Numbered from the whole stretch's first letter, positions 1 to 10,964 are shown. The stretch is DNA of 63,718 nt, filler included, from 15 parts of 15 records of this genome joined end to end with filler, not necessarily neighbours in it; one strand, 5' to 3'. Numbers and translations are program-made. Notes: generated by a model from the sequence alone, not told the origin.

Positions 1-141
1 ATTCCTGGATTCAAGACCAAGTATCATATTGTAGAAAGAAGTTCCCGGATCTCCCGCCGAGCTGCCTGCTGCTGCCGCCGGCTTCGTTGCGTTCGCGTGC
101 GCTCCCTCGCCGCCGGTCTGACTGGGTGAAACAGAGGCAAG

Positions 142-1461
142 ATGTTGGCTGCGGTCGTGGCTGTTGCCGCTGCTGCCGCGGCGGTGGCAGGTGTGACACC
201 GCTTGCCGAGGCTGGCTACGTGCCGAATCGCAGTGCGTCGCTGAACCTCCCTTTCAGCTGGGCCACGCTGCCACGGTACACCTTCTGCGGCAATGAAACT
301 GCCAACTACACAGGCTATCCGCTGCGCGACTCTGCAGTAGAGTATATCTCGACGAAGGGCGGCCCAATCAATCTAATTGGTGACCACAGCTCGTACCGCT
401 ATCCGGCGGAGAAACACGTCAGCGAGCAGAGCCACGTGATGCTCGCCAAGAACCCAGCCCAGCGGCAATGGGCTTACTACGCAATCGATCTTGTGCGCAC
501 CACGTACGAGACGGGTGCATATATGATGAACCACTCTGATGAGTGCTTATTTAAGGACGCAGACGGTGTACCCGTGCCACGGCCTGTCTACGGCTTTGAC
601 GGTGGTGCAGGCTCTTGTGGTGTTGAGCAGTGGCTGAAAGGCGTGCAGATGATGGTAGAGGATGGTGGCATCTCAGGCATTTTCCTGGATGGTTTTCAGG
701 GCTGCGATCCTTTCTTTCCAAGGTTCTCGAACGGTTCCTTTGGAATTGGTTGCACTCGGATCTGTGGCCACCGAAAGCTTCCCAACGGCACAGACGTACC
801 CGTCAACTGCAGTACGGAGTCGATCGCCGCGTGGAATAAGGGTCTACGTGAGGCGATGTGGAGGCTGAAGAAGCTCCTTGGAGAGAACGGAACCCTGATC
901 TGCAACTCGACACCAGGCCCGTACACCTGTGGCAATGCAAAAGATCCTACCACAGAGTGTCCGTGCGATGGCACAAACGATGAACGCGGTGGCGGCAATT
1001 ATCAGCACATGCAGTTTGTTGACGCCATCGATCAGCGCACAGGCCCGTACGCAATGTTGACGCACACACCACACGCAGACGACATCGAGAACTTCAAGCA
1101 CTCAGTCTCCAACTTTTTGATTTCGGTAGAGAGGTATCAGTATCTGGGCTCGGGTTTCGCCTACGGGTGCGACGACGGGTGGCTATCCACCGATCCGGTC
1201 GTTGTGCACTCCTTCTCTGCACCGCTCGGAGCGCCTGTCGGGCCGGCCGACTCGTCGCCAGGCTGTCCAAAAGGAAAAAAGCCCGCGCCGAAGGACTCCG
1301 TGTGCGTGCGGACTCGGCAGTTTGCTACCGGGACGAAGGTGCTTGTCAATTACACTGCTGGCACCAGCTGTCTTGTGTGGAGCGACGGCCAGAATATGTC
1401 AACAAGCCGAGATCGTGAGGGTCCGGACGGTTGCGCGCTCGCTAGTGACTACGCGTGGTAA
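142..1461 (+). CDS. Secreted putative glycoside hydrolase, GHL15/GH168-like (endo-fucanase-like TIM barrel)
   Basis: ATG at 142 with a hydrophobic Ala/Val signal peptide. N-terminal FSWATLP, central GIFLDG and C-terminal PLGAPVGPA...RTRQFATGTKV resemble the GHL15/GH168 pattern. Intronless, 439 aa. Confidence 0.6.
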   Translation: MLAAVVAVAAAAAAVAGVTPLAEAGYVPNRSASLNLPFSWATLPRYTFCGNETANYTGYPLRDSAVEYISTKGGPINLIGDHSSYRYPAEKHVSEQSHVMLAKNPAQRQWAYYAIDLVRTTYETGAYMMNHSDECLFKDADGVPVPRPVYGFDGGAGSCGVEQWLKGVQMMVEDGGISGIFLDGFQGCDPFFPRFSNGSFGIGCTRICGHRKLPNGTDVPVNCSTESIAAWNKGLREAMWRLKKLLGENGTLICNSTPGPYTCGNAKDPTTECPCDGTNDERGGGNYQHMQFVDAIDQRTGPYAMLTHTPHADDIENFKHSVSNFLISVERYQYLGSGFAYGCDDGWLSTDPVVVHSFSAPLGAPVGPADSSPGCPKGKKPAPKDSVCVRTRQFATGTKVLVNYTAGTSCLVWSDGQNMSTSRDREGPDGCALASDYAW

Positions 1462-1592
1462 CTCGCGACGCGTTGGAGCACAACGCCAGTGGCACAAGTC
1501 ATAATTGTAAAATATGACAATAATTGTACTGAAGCCATTTCACGCTCACACACCCCACTGCTCTTGGCATTGAAAACACGACACCCACAGAG

Positions 1593-3248
1593 CTACGTAC
1601 TAGTAGGCCCATATCCATCCGGGCGGCGGCGCCCCTTCAGGCGACCCGCTGGTGTGGTACGCTTGCTCCCCCCATAGGCTGCGGCCATGCCTGATTGTGA
1701 GACGGCACGTCTGCCTAAACCTCTAGAACATGTACGCCCCCGCCCTCTGCCCCGCCCTCTGCCCCGTCCCGCCCCGCGAACTCGACGCGCCCCGCCAGCA
1801 CCCGACCCCGCAGCTACACTATCAGGAACACAATCACCGTCGTCATGCCCGCCCCAATTTGCCCACAGTGGCTCAGCTTGCATGCGTTCCAGCTCTACTG
1901 CTGCCGCCTCTGCCTGCTGCCACGCGTCCCCGCCAGCTCTACTTGCGCCACCGAGCGCGTTACCTTCACCGCCTGCTCGTCCGATCTCACCAACGAGCAT
2001 GCCGCCGTCGATTGCGGCTTCCGCTGCCAGAAAACGATCAAGCCGATTCTCATTAAAGCCACCCCCACCTAGGCCATCCAGAAGCCTTGTCGCTTCTGTC
2101 ATGGCAGCTGTCGCGGCTCCTCCTCGTTCCTCTGGTCCAAGGACACACTGCCGAGGCGGTTTCGCTTTTGTCCGAGTTGTTTTGGCGAGCTTCAAAGGTG
2201 CCCCGTACGCGCTCGCAGACGATTTGTGTCCCTTTTCGGCCGCTTTGCTCGCTTGCACGTCTATCCGCCCGTTGACGTCGAATTTCGGGCACATCTTCAG
2301 TGTCGAAAGTGGCAGAAACAGAGGCCGTACTGCTGACGCGACGAATGGGTGCCCTGCGGCGGCCGCTGCCGTCGGTCGATCAGAGGGTTCGGACGCAAGC
2401 AGCCTGTCAACCAAGTTGCAGGCTTCCGGACGAATGGGTAAATGGCTGGGCCAGCTGTAGTGCCCAGCTTTAATTCGCTTGTAGATCACCTCGACATCGT
2501 TCGTCTCGAACGGGGTCCGGCCGACCAGCAGCGCAAAGAGGCAAATTCCAGCGGCCCAGATGTCGCTAGCGTGGGAGTGACCACCGTTGGTGGCTACGAC
2601 ATTGTGACCGACAATCTGGGAGTTCCGCAGCACCTCTGGCGGCATGTACGAGGGCGTTCCGCATGCATTTGGGGCCGTCTCGCAGCCGTCTATCAGCATC
2701 TCGGCCAGCCCAAAGTCAGCGATGCGCAAGACGAGCTGCTTGCCTTCGCGATCGATAAACAGGTTATTGAGGGTGAGGTCGCGGTGCACGACGCCCAAGC
2801 TCTGCAGATGGTCCAGCCCGGCAAACAGCTGCGGCATCCAGTACTGACACTCCGGCTCGGTCAGCCGCGTCCGCGCCGCGACGATGTCCATGAGCGTGCC
2901 GTGCTGTGCTACCTCGAGCAGCAGGTACACGCTCTTGTCATCTTCAAAGCTGCTGTAGAACTGCAGCACATTCGGATGACCTGCACCATCCGATGCGAGG
3001 GCGTGCAACGAGATCTCCTCCTGGAGCTGCGCTAGGAGTGCGTCGCTCAGACTCTTCTTGCTCACGATCTTGGCTGCGCACACCTCATCGTTCGTTGTGT
3101 CGCGCAGCTCGTAGCAGCTCGCGAACCCGCCTTTCCCGAGCAGCTTCCCCCGCTCGTACCGGACTACCTCTCCGTCCTCCAGCACCTCCTCGATTATCAC
3201 AACCTTCTTCTTGCGGCCGCGACCGGCACTGCCACGGCGCGCCTGCAT
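1593..3248 (-). CDS. Polo-like Ser/Thr kinase (kinase domain only, low-complexity RG-rich tail)
   Basis: GKLLGKGGFASCY, AAKIV, HRDLTLNN, ADFGLA, CGTPSYMPPE, GHS..SDIW, LLVGRTPFET. First ATG is at 3248 (the track start 3251 is GTG). Confidence 0.85.
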   Translation of the reverse strand: MQARRGSAGRGRKKKVVIIEEVLEDGEVVRYERGKLLGKGGFASCYELRDTTNDEVCAAKIVSKKSLSDALLAQLQEEISLHALASDGAGHPNVLQFYSSFEDDKSVYLLLEVAQHGTLMDIVAARTRLTEPECQYWMPQLFAGLDHLQSLGVVHRDLTLNNLFIDREGKQLVLRIADFGLAEMLIDGCETAPNACGTPSYMPPEVLRNSQIVGHNVVATNGGHSHASDIWAAGICLFALLVGRTPFETNDVEVIYKRIKAGHYSWPSHLPIRPEACNLVDRLLASEPSDRPTAAAAAGHPFVASAVRPLFLPLSTLKMCPKFDVNGRIDVQASKAAEKGHKSSASAYGAPLKLAKTTRTKAKPPRQCVLGPEERGGAATAAMTEATRLLDGLGGGGFNENRLDRFLAAEAAIDGGMLVGEIGRAGGEGNALGGASRAGGDAWQQAEAAAVELERMQAEPLWANWGGHDDGDCVPDSVAAGSGAGGARRVRGAGRGRGRGRGRGRTCSRGLGRRAVSQSGMAAAYGGSKRTTPAGRLKGRRRPDGYGPTST

Positions 3249-3603
3249 CACGCCACGACCCAGCCGCCCTCGACAAGGGCGCTACGGCCCGCACGCGACG
3301 CCCAGCACGCGACGCCCACGCCGCACCGCGACCCGAGCCTGCCACTCCCGCACGCGACAGTCGCTACTCTGAGCACGCCCAGCAGCAGGCGGTGCCCATT
3401 CGTCGCCGTGCGCCCATCTCGCCCGCCGTCTATCACGAACGGCAATCGAGATCTTATGCTACCTACTAGTAGTAGTACTCTGGACCAGAAGAGTGAGTTC
3501 GTGTCTGTGCTGAATCGAACTCGCACTGTTTCAGAGATATTATATCTATATATGGACGCCGCTATACGAGTTACTAGCCAGCTCGCCAACCCCCCTGTTA
3601 GTA

Positions 3604-3703
3604 NNNNNNNNNNNNNNNNNNNNNNNNNNNNNNNNNNNNNNNNNNNNTTAATTAATTAANNNNNNNNNNNNNNNNNNNNNNNNNNNNNNNNNNNNNNNNN
3701 NNN
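3604..3703. other. Artificial contig spacer N44-TTAATTAATTAA-N44 (first of 14; others start at 6902, 10777, 19103, 22251, 27367, 31615, 34799, 39913, 43066, 48284, 52651, 56239, 59569)
   Basis: Identical 100-bp unit with stops in all six frames. Several genes are truncated at these joins. Confidence 0.99.
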
Positions 3704-4079
3704 ACACTTTGTTCTTTTCATTTTGATTAATTGATACTATAATAGCTAGATCTAGATCTACTGAATACTCTTGTCCGATCTCTTGCCCCTTATGACTGCT
3801 CATTTCTGAGACTGGAAATCAGATCCGAGATCGGCATGTAGGATCCTACCATGTTGCATCAGTCCGTGAGCTCAGCAACAGGAAGGGCAGCCGAGTTCAG
3901 TGCAATCAGAATCCCGGACCAGTGACGATTCTGCAGTCACTCTTTATCAGTGACTCTGGTCAGCAGCAGCAGTCAGCCGCCGTGCGCGCCTGGTGCTCGC
4001 CTCCGCCCGTCGCGCGTCGGTCCCTGGCACGTGGCAGCCTGGCTCGGCTGGCGTCGTCTGCCGTGGCAGCGCCGGCGGT

Positions 4080-5123
4080 ATGGACCTGTCTGCGGTTCGC
4101 GATGAGCTCTGTGCGCTGATGTTCGACCGGGCGCACGACGATGGCTCGTACGCACCGCTGCTGATCCGCTTCGCGTGGCACTGCTGTGGGACGTGGGACC
4201 ACGCCTCTCGCACCGGCGGCTCGAATGGCGGCACCATGCGCTTCCCGGCCGAGCAGGCAGACCCGGAGAATGCCGGGTTGGGGAAGGCCCGCGCACTAAT
4301 AGCGCCGATCGTCGAGAAATATGCTTCGCAACTCTCGACAGCAGACGTGTGGATTCTCGCGGGCTACGTCGCCCTGGACTGCACCGGCGGGCCCTGTCTG
4401 CGATTCCGCACTGGCCGTCGGGACTACACGGAGTCAGAGGCGGAGGCACTCTACGGGGAAAAGCGCTGCCCTTTCGGCGACGGGATCCACAACCCTCACG
4501 GCTCGCGCCTACCGGCTGCCGACCTCGGGCGCTGCCCAGTCGCAGGGAGTCTCGCCGACAGCACTCCGTCCACTCGCGAGGCTGCCACGATAGACGCCGT
4601 CCGTGGAACGTTTCGACGTCTGGGATTGACAGATAAGGAGACGGTCTGTTTGATTCTGCTCGGTCACCAGTTCGGCCGTGCGCATCCAGAGTATTCGGGA
4701 TACGAAGGCCCATGGTATGTCAACTCTCCAGCTACGTGGAACTCGGACGGTGAGGGAACCACGACTCGTGGGATGGGTTTCCTAGACGTCTTCTCCAAAC
4801 ACTGGTCGAAGTACGTGCCGGTGACCCCCGCCACTCGAGCTTCAAACCCAGACGCAGCTGCAGATACTGATTGCCAGCAACGACCGGATCTGCGTCAGTA
4901 TCAGCTGGACTACATGGGCGCAAAGTGGACGGCACTAGTATCCGATATGGCGCTAGTCTGGGACGAGGCGTACAGAGAGCATTTGGAGTTCTACGCAGCT
5001 CACCGCGAGGCATTTCAGGCCGATGCTGCCCGCAGCTGGATCAAGCTGACGGAGCTGGGTTGCCCAGAATCTCAGCTACAGAGTGAAGTTACTGATCTCG
5101 GGGAGGATGAGTTTGTGCTGTGA
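4080..5123 (+). CDS. Class I heme peroxidase (cytochrome c peroxidase/ascorbate peroxidase family)
   Basis: Distal motif YAPLLIRFAWHCCGTWD, TGGSNGGTMRF, proximal LGHQFGRAH and SGYEGPW (CCP Trp191-equivalent). First ATG at 4080. Confidence 0.88.
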   Translation: MDLSAVRDELCALMFDRAHDDGSYAPLLIRFAWHCCGTWDHASRTGGSNGGTMRFPAEQADPENAGLGKARALIAPIVEKYASQLSTADVWILAGYVALDCTGGPCLRFRTGRRDYTESEAEALYGEKRCPFGDGIHNPHGSRLPAADLGRCPVAGSLADSTPSTREAATIDAVRGTFRRLGLTDKETVCLILLGHQFGRAHPEYSGYEGPWYVNSPATWNSDGEGTTTRGMGFLDVFSKHWSKYVPVTPATRASNPDAAADTDCQQRPDLRQYQLDYMGAKWTALVSDMALVWDEAYREHLEFYAAHREAFQADAARSWIKLTELGCPESQLQSEVTDLGEDEFVL

Positions 5124-5316
5124 TTCTGTTTGCGCGCCGTGCGCCGTGAAAAGCCGAAGAGAATGCCGAGCTCCTGACTGAGGAACTGTGACACTGAAGA
5201 CGTTCGGATGCCAATCCACTTCAGCGATCTAGCGACAAGCGGCAGGGACTATTATTGATAAAGATGATATGAATATTATGTATTAGGATACGACGCTCGC
5301 ATGTCTGCAGCTGTCG

Positions 5317-6901
5317 TCAAAACAAGAAGTACTTGCTCGGCTGAGTCGAACCATCAGCTTGCTTGCCGATCTCCTCATCACCATACCCGAGCTCCGCCAG
5401 GGCTGGCTTGCACGCAAATTGGATCATCGGTGGCGGTCCACACACACCAATGAAGTCACAATCTGTGCCCAGGACCTTCTCACACATCTTTGTATCGATA
5501 AACCCAACGCTGAACCCAGCGCCTGCCCACGCTGCCTTTTCATCGTCGCCAATCCGGTCGACAGTGTAGTGCACCGTCAAGCGCTGTGGGTGTGCCGCCA
5601 CCAGTTGATCGATCTCGTCCTTCAAAAGGATATCGCCTGGCGTCTGATTGCCGTACACTAAATGGAAATGGATGTCAGCATCCGGCTCTGAAGTCAGAGA
5701 GTACTTGATGACCTGGTAGGCAGGTGAAATGCCGGTCCCCCCGCACATAAACCCAAACTTCTTCCCGGTCATGGACTCACCGTTGAGGACAATGTTACCA
5801 GCACTGAGGTATTCAAAATGACCAACCGGGCCTCGCATTTCTAGGCCATCACCAATCTGCAGAGTGTCAATATACTGCGACATCTTCCCGCCCTCCGGAA
5901 ATCGATCGCACGGCCTGTATACCTTGATCACGAAGTCAACCACTCCCAGCTCTGTGTTGAGTGAAGTCGGGGTGTATGCCCGCATTACCAGTGAGCCTTT
6001 TGCATCCCGATACCGGAGGAAGATATGCCAGCCGGTAGGCAGACCAGTGCGGTGTTCGGGGGAGGGCAGAGCGAATCGAAACAGAGCCGTATCATCTGAC
6101 ATCACGATCTTTTCCGTCAGTGGGAATGACAGCCACTTCTTGGGGTTGAGGGCAACCAACTCATCCTCAGGCGCCAGTTTAAGATTCCCCTTCTCAGCTG
6201 CTTTGTCTGCTCGTTCGTATGCCTCAGCCAAGATGTTCGTTGAAGATTTGCTGTACTTCATTGTTTCATCGTCCTTTGCTTCTACAGTGAATCCGATTCG
6301 CCACTCCTCGAGGTCATCCCAGGCCTTTTTGCTGTGGATCGACGTAAACTCCTCAGAGCAATCCTCGCCACCGTTCATGGTGATCGACGTGATACCTCCA
6401 GGATGCTTCTTGAGATACTTTGTCGTGTCATAGACAATGCCATTTACGACTATCCAGCATGAATCATCCGTGTTGTGCTGCTCGACTTCTTCCATTGTGT
6501 ACGACTGGCCAATTCGTTCCGCCGCAGCAACGTCGTCACCGTCAGAGCTCACGCCACCGATGCTCACTTTGCTGCCGCTCTTCTTCATACTCGAGTCTGA
6601 ATCCTTTCTCAAGATGGACGGACTCTGTGATGGTGGGCCTTGCGATGTTGATGATTGGCCCTGTGTCTTTCGCGGTGTCATCGGCCGAGAATTTCCAACT
6701 GGAGGTCCAGCCGACGACTGCGCAAACACTTTGTTCCCCACAAAAGGAGAAGCTTGCGCCATGAATCCTGGCGATGCCGACGACCGCATGACTGGCGGTG
6801 GCGGGACCGTACCAGGAATGCCTCCGAGCACAGTGTGTGGTGCCGGCCGGCCGAGACCATCCAGGACTCCGCGGCTCTCCCGCGGTGCATCCGGGGTGCC
6901 C
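5317..6901 (-). CDS. Nitrate-reductase-type cytochrome b5 + FAD/NADH reductase module (5'-truncated at contig edge)
   Basis: b5 domain VYDTTKYLKKHPGG...GEDCSEEF..IHSKKA. FAD/NAD domain FRFALPS..GLPTG, RAYTP, FPEGGKMSQY, GGTGISP, CGPPPM. The frame stays open from 6831 to the contig end. Confidence 0.8.
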
Positions 6902-7430
6902 NNNNNNNNNNNNNNNNNNNNNNNNNNNNNNNNNNNNNNNNNNNNTTAATTAATTAANNNNNNNNNNNNNNNNNNNNNNNNNNNNNNNNNNNNNNNNNNN
7001 NCGTGGTGGGCGTGGTGGGCGTGGTGGGCGTCCGTCCTTCTGCAGGGCGAGATTTACATACCCTGCTGGGCGGCCGAGACTGGACGGCATAGTGGAGCTG
7101 AGGAGAGCAGGCAGCGCGCCCCCCGGCCGGGCGGGAGAGACAGAGAGTGCAGGGAGGCGATCGAGGTTGGAGAGTGCCCGTGGACGACGAGGTGAGGCGG
7201 TGAGCTGGAGAGAGTGTAGGGGAGGAGGAAGCGCTGTGGCGAGGCTGCCCCCCCCCCCCTGCGGGGCGGCGATACAGTACTGGAGTAGCAAAAGCGCTGT
7301 GGGTGTGGAGAATGTAGCGGCCAGTGCTGCTGCAGGGCGGAGCGACGGTGGCGGTTGAGGATGATGGCGAACAGGACGGCGGTGAGTGGAGCAGAGCGCG
7401 TGCAGTAGGGGAGCGCACCGCTGGCCATAA

Positions 7431-10400
7431 ATGGTGGTGGTGGTCCCGGTGCCCGATGATGAGCTGAAGCTGGTAGATGCAGAGACCGACCCGGTCGGTG
7501 CTGCGGCGGACGCTGGGGCAGGGTCCGTGAGGCTTCCCGAGGCTGTGCAGTCCAAGCCAACCAGCGTGGAGGACGGCGGTGCACAGAAAGTGGGTAGCGA
7601 TGTGCAGAGCTCCGGAGCAGCGCCCGCGAAGCTAGCCATCGATGACAATGGCGTCGCACTGAACGATCTGGTGGTGAGGAATTTGACCGGAAGAACCATG
7701 ATGGAGAGCGTCGTGTGGTATGTTCAAACGTACAGTCTGCCGCTAATCCTGGGAGTAGTCGCCGGCATGTGCATGGCGAACCTGGACGAGCAGTCGTACG
7801 ACGACCTGCGCCACTTCGAAGTAGTTCCGGCGGAGACGTTCGCGCTGTTCGGGCACGCGATCACCATCCACTTTGTCATCAACGATATATTCATGACTTT
7901 CTTCTTTGGCATCGCAGCCAAGGAAATCACAGAGGCTTGCCTGCCGGGTGGCAGTCTGAACCCACCGAGTAAGGCTGCAAACCCATTGTTCGCCACGGTC
8001 GGCGGCGCTATGGGTCCGGTTGCGATGTACTTCCTCAGCGCGTCGCTGCTCTACGATGCAGATGTCTTCGGGGCTCCAAGCCGGGATGACTTCTGTGCAC
8101 CGGCTGTAGCGGCGGCTGCTGCTGCTGGCGACGCTGGCGATGCGCATAGGCGGCTGGCAGCTGCTCAGCCAGCTGAAGGTGGCTCATGTGCGCTAGGGGA
8201 GAGGTGGGAAACAGCACTTGGCGACGGAGGCTGCGCAAGCGCGACTGAGCTCTGCGTAAACGGCACCGAAACCATCGTAGTCTCAAACTACACCTGGGAT
8301 ATGATCGCGAACGGCTGGGGGATTCCAACAGCTACGGATATCAGCTTGGCATGGGTCGTTGCAACTGTAATATTCGGCGTGGGGCATCCAGCCATTAGCT
8401 TCCTTTTGCTCTTGGCCGTTGCTGATGATGGTCTCGGATTGGTTATTATAGCGATTTTCTATCCTTCACCAGGCCATCCGTTCCATGGGGAATGGCTGCT
8501 CATGGTCGTCCTCGGGATGTGTGCTGCGTTTGTGCTGAGAATAAACCACGTGATGCGGTGGTGGATATACATTGGAGTGGCTGGCTCGATGTGTTGGGTC
8601 GGGCTTTTGGGAGCAGCCTTGCATCCAGCTCTGGCATTCGTTTTTGTGGTGCCATTCTTGCCAGCACTGCATGGGGAGGTGGACGGAGCGCACTCTGGGG
8701 TCAGCGTCGCCCAGGAGCCTGCAGATCTAGCGGAAGATCTTGTGGACGAAGACGACATCATGCACAAAATCTATGACAATATGCTGTCCAAATCAGCTTC
8801 GGCAAAACTGAAAGCCGAGGTGCGCAGAGTCTTTAACTCGCTTGACCTCAACAGTGACGGCGTTCTACATGTCCAAGAAATGGAGACATATATTCGCTCG
8901 CTCTCAGCAGAAACTACTGAAGAAGAGTCTGTAGAGATGCTGATCGCCAACTTTCATGCGGACATGCACACTTACATGGACTTCACAAACTCGATCCACA
9001 ACAGGCAGACGGAACCTCCTACTAGTAGTGCTCGCAAAAATAGAATTGACGATCACGATGTCGTGACTTTTGAGGAGTTCTACAAGTGGTTTGAACATAC
9101 AGGTGGCTACCACGTCCAAATGGTGAAAAGAGACCTCGATCACGTACCGCTGTTCTCGGAGATGAACGGTGTTGACAAACAAGTGCTAGCAAGAGCGGTC
9201 TCATTCGCTTCTACTCGAGGGCACAACGGCCACTTGCGTGTTTACAAACCAGGCGAACAGATCGTGACTCAAGGTGATGAGGGGCACGAGATGTTTATCG
9301 TGCACGCAGGCGCGTGTGTGGCCATCGGAGAAGATGGTCAGGCTGGTCAGCACTATTCCGGTGTCACCCACCCAACCACTCACGAGCACACTTTCGGCGA
9401 GGTAGCGTTGTTGAGCTCGATAAAGAACAAAGGTGCGCAAGGGGCACGGCGTGCGTACACGATCACAGCCACTGAAGACACCACTGTCTGGACGCTGGGA
9501 GACCACGAGTTGCGAATCGCGGGGCGGCAAGTTTTCGATCAAGTGGTAGCGATGGCTCAAGCCTATCATGATGCAAAGGACGATGAGGTCTATCACGACC
9601 ACGCGCCTCTGCATATGTTCGAACACCAAACAAAGTTTGCAGTGGATATTGGAATGTTCTTTTTTGCTTGGGCAAATGCTGGAGTCAAGGTGGCCGGCGC
9701 CGGAGGCATGACATGGGTTGTCCTCGCGTCGCTCCTGCTCGGGAAGGTATTCGGCATCGTATTGATGGTACGTCAATAATGCCGCCTCAGACACCATTGT
9801 ATTGCGTGGCACTGTTATGATAGACGTTCTCTGTGTGCTGATGTTGTTTGAAATGCATGCTGCGCCGTACGACAGTCCGTGCTAGCAGACAAGTTAGGGC
9901 TCGGCAAAAGGCCGGCCGGAGTAGGTGTGAAAGAAGTGTTCATAGTTGCCTTGATCGCATCGATCGGCTTGACGGTCGCACTCTTTGTGACTGGCCAAGC
10001 CTTCGCGACTGACGCCGGACTCGAACGGGACGCAAAGCTTGGTGCCTTGCTGTCAATGTTCAGTGCGGTTCTCGCGTTTGCATTTGCGAAGCTCCTTGGA
10101 GTAGGTGGCAAGTCGGACGAGCGTCTGGCGAACATGTCGAAAGCTGATCGCTTCTCCGAAATCTTCTTCAAGGCAGAGCGTCGCCAATATGTGGAGGCCA
10201 AGGCGATGGCAGATGCGAGCAAGGCAGCTGCGGATGCGGCGATTGCATCCAATCGTAAATTTGCCAATATGATCACCGATCTTCATGACGAGGTACGAAC
10301 GTTAAAACGCCGTATCCAGCAGCTCGAGAGTGCCCTGCCGGATGGAGTGGCAAGCGCCATGGACTTCGTTGCATTGACCGAGGCAAAGAAGGATGCCTAG
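7431..10400 (+). CDS. nhaA: NhaA-family Na+/H+ antiporter with internal EF-hand + cyclic-nucleotide-binding domain; exons 7431-9767, 9876-10400
   Basis: NhaA motifs INDIFM.FFFG..KE, GWGIPTATDI, LAVADD, LHPALA..VPFLP, FEH..FFAWANAGV, LLGKVFGI, ASIGLTVALFV, AKLG. Phase-0 GTACGT...CAG intron 9768-9875 joins the two track ORFs in frame. The start codon is uncertain. Confidence 0.88.
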
Positions 10401-10964
10401 GAAGCACGCTGAGACCGGCAGCCGAGTATGAAGTACTGAGGCTAGGTCATCGCGAAGTTTCTCTGGAGTGATGCTATCACTGAGGACTGGCAGCATGAAC
10501 TACAGAGCTGACAGTCATTCCAATGAATCTCTTTAGTCAACACGTGACATTCGAATGGTTCCTTATTCTACAGGGTCAATCAAGAAAAGGATTCAAGCTC
10601 GTCCTCTTCGAGCTCCGCTGCCGCTGTGGTCGCGCCAATTCCCAAGCTTGCCCAGGGGGTCGACAAGCCTCCTTTCAGCTGGTTTTGACCGAGCTTGCTC
10701 ACGCCAGCTCCAGACTGCGTAGTCATGCCCTGGCCCGCATCAGCTTTCTTTAACTTGGAGGTTCCCGCAGGCAAGGNNNNNNNNNNNNNNNNNNNNNNNN
10801 NNNNNNNNNNNNNNNNNNNNTTAATTAATTAANNNNNNNNNNNNNNNNNNNNNNNNNNNNNNNNNNNNNNNNNNNNGGTGCTGGTGCTGGTGCTGGGGGC
10901 TAGGTGGTGCTGGTGTTGTTGTTGTTGGTGGTGGTGGTGGTAGGGGGTGGACTCGGGGTTTGCG

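Noticed and set aside
7002-7030. (GTGGTGGGC)n and (GGT)n tracts at contig ends (also 10877-10940, 52771-52790) as telomeric repeats
   Set aside because: They are short, impure and differ between contigs, consistent with microsatellites that broke the assembly.
10580-10776. Short minus-strand ORF at a contig end
   Set aside because: It may be the 3' end of a real gene, but at about 64 aa with no recognisable motif I cannot support a call.
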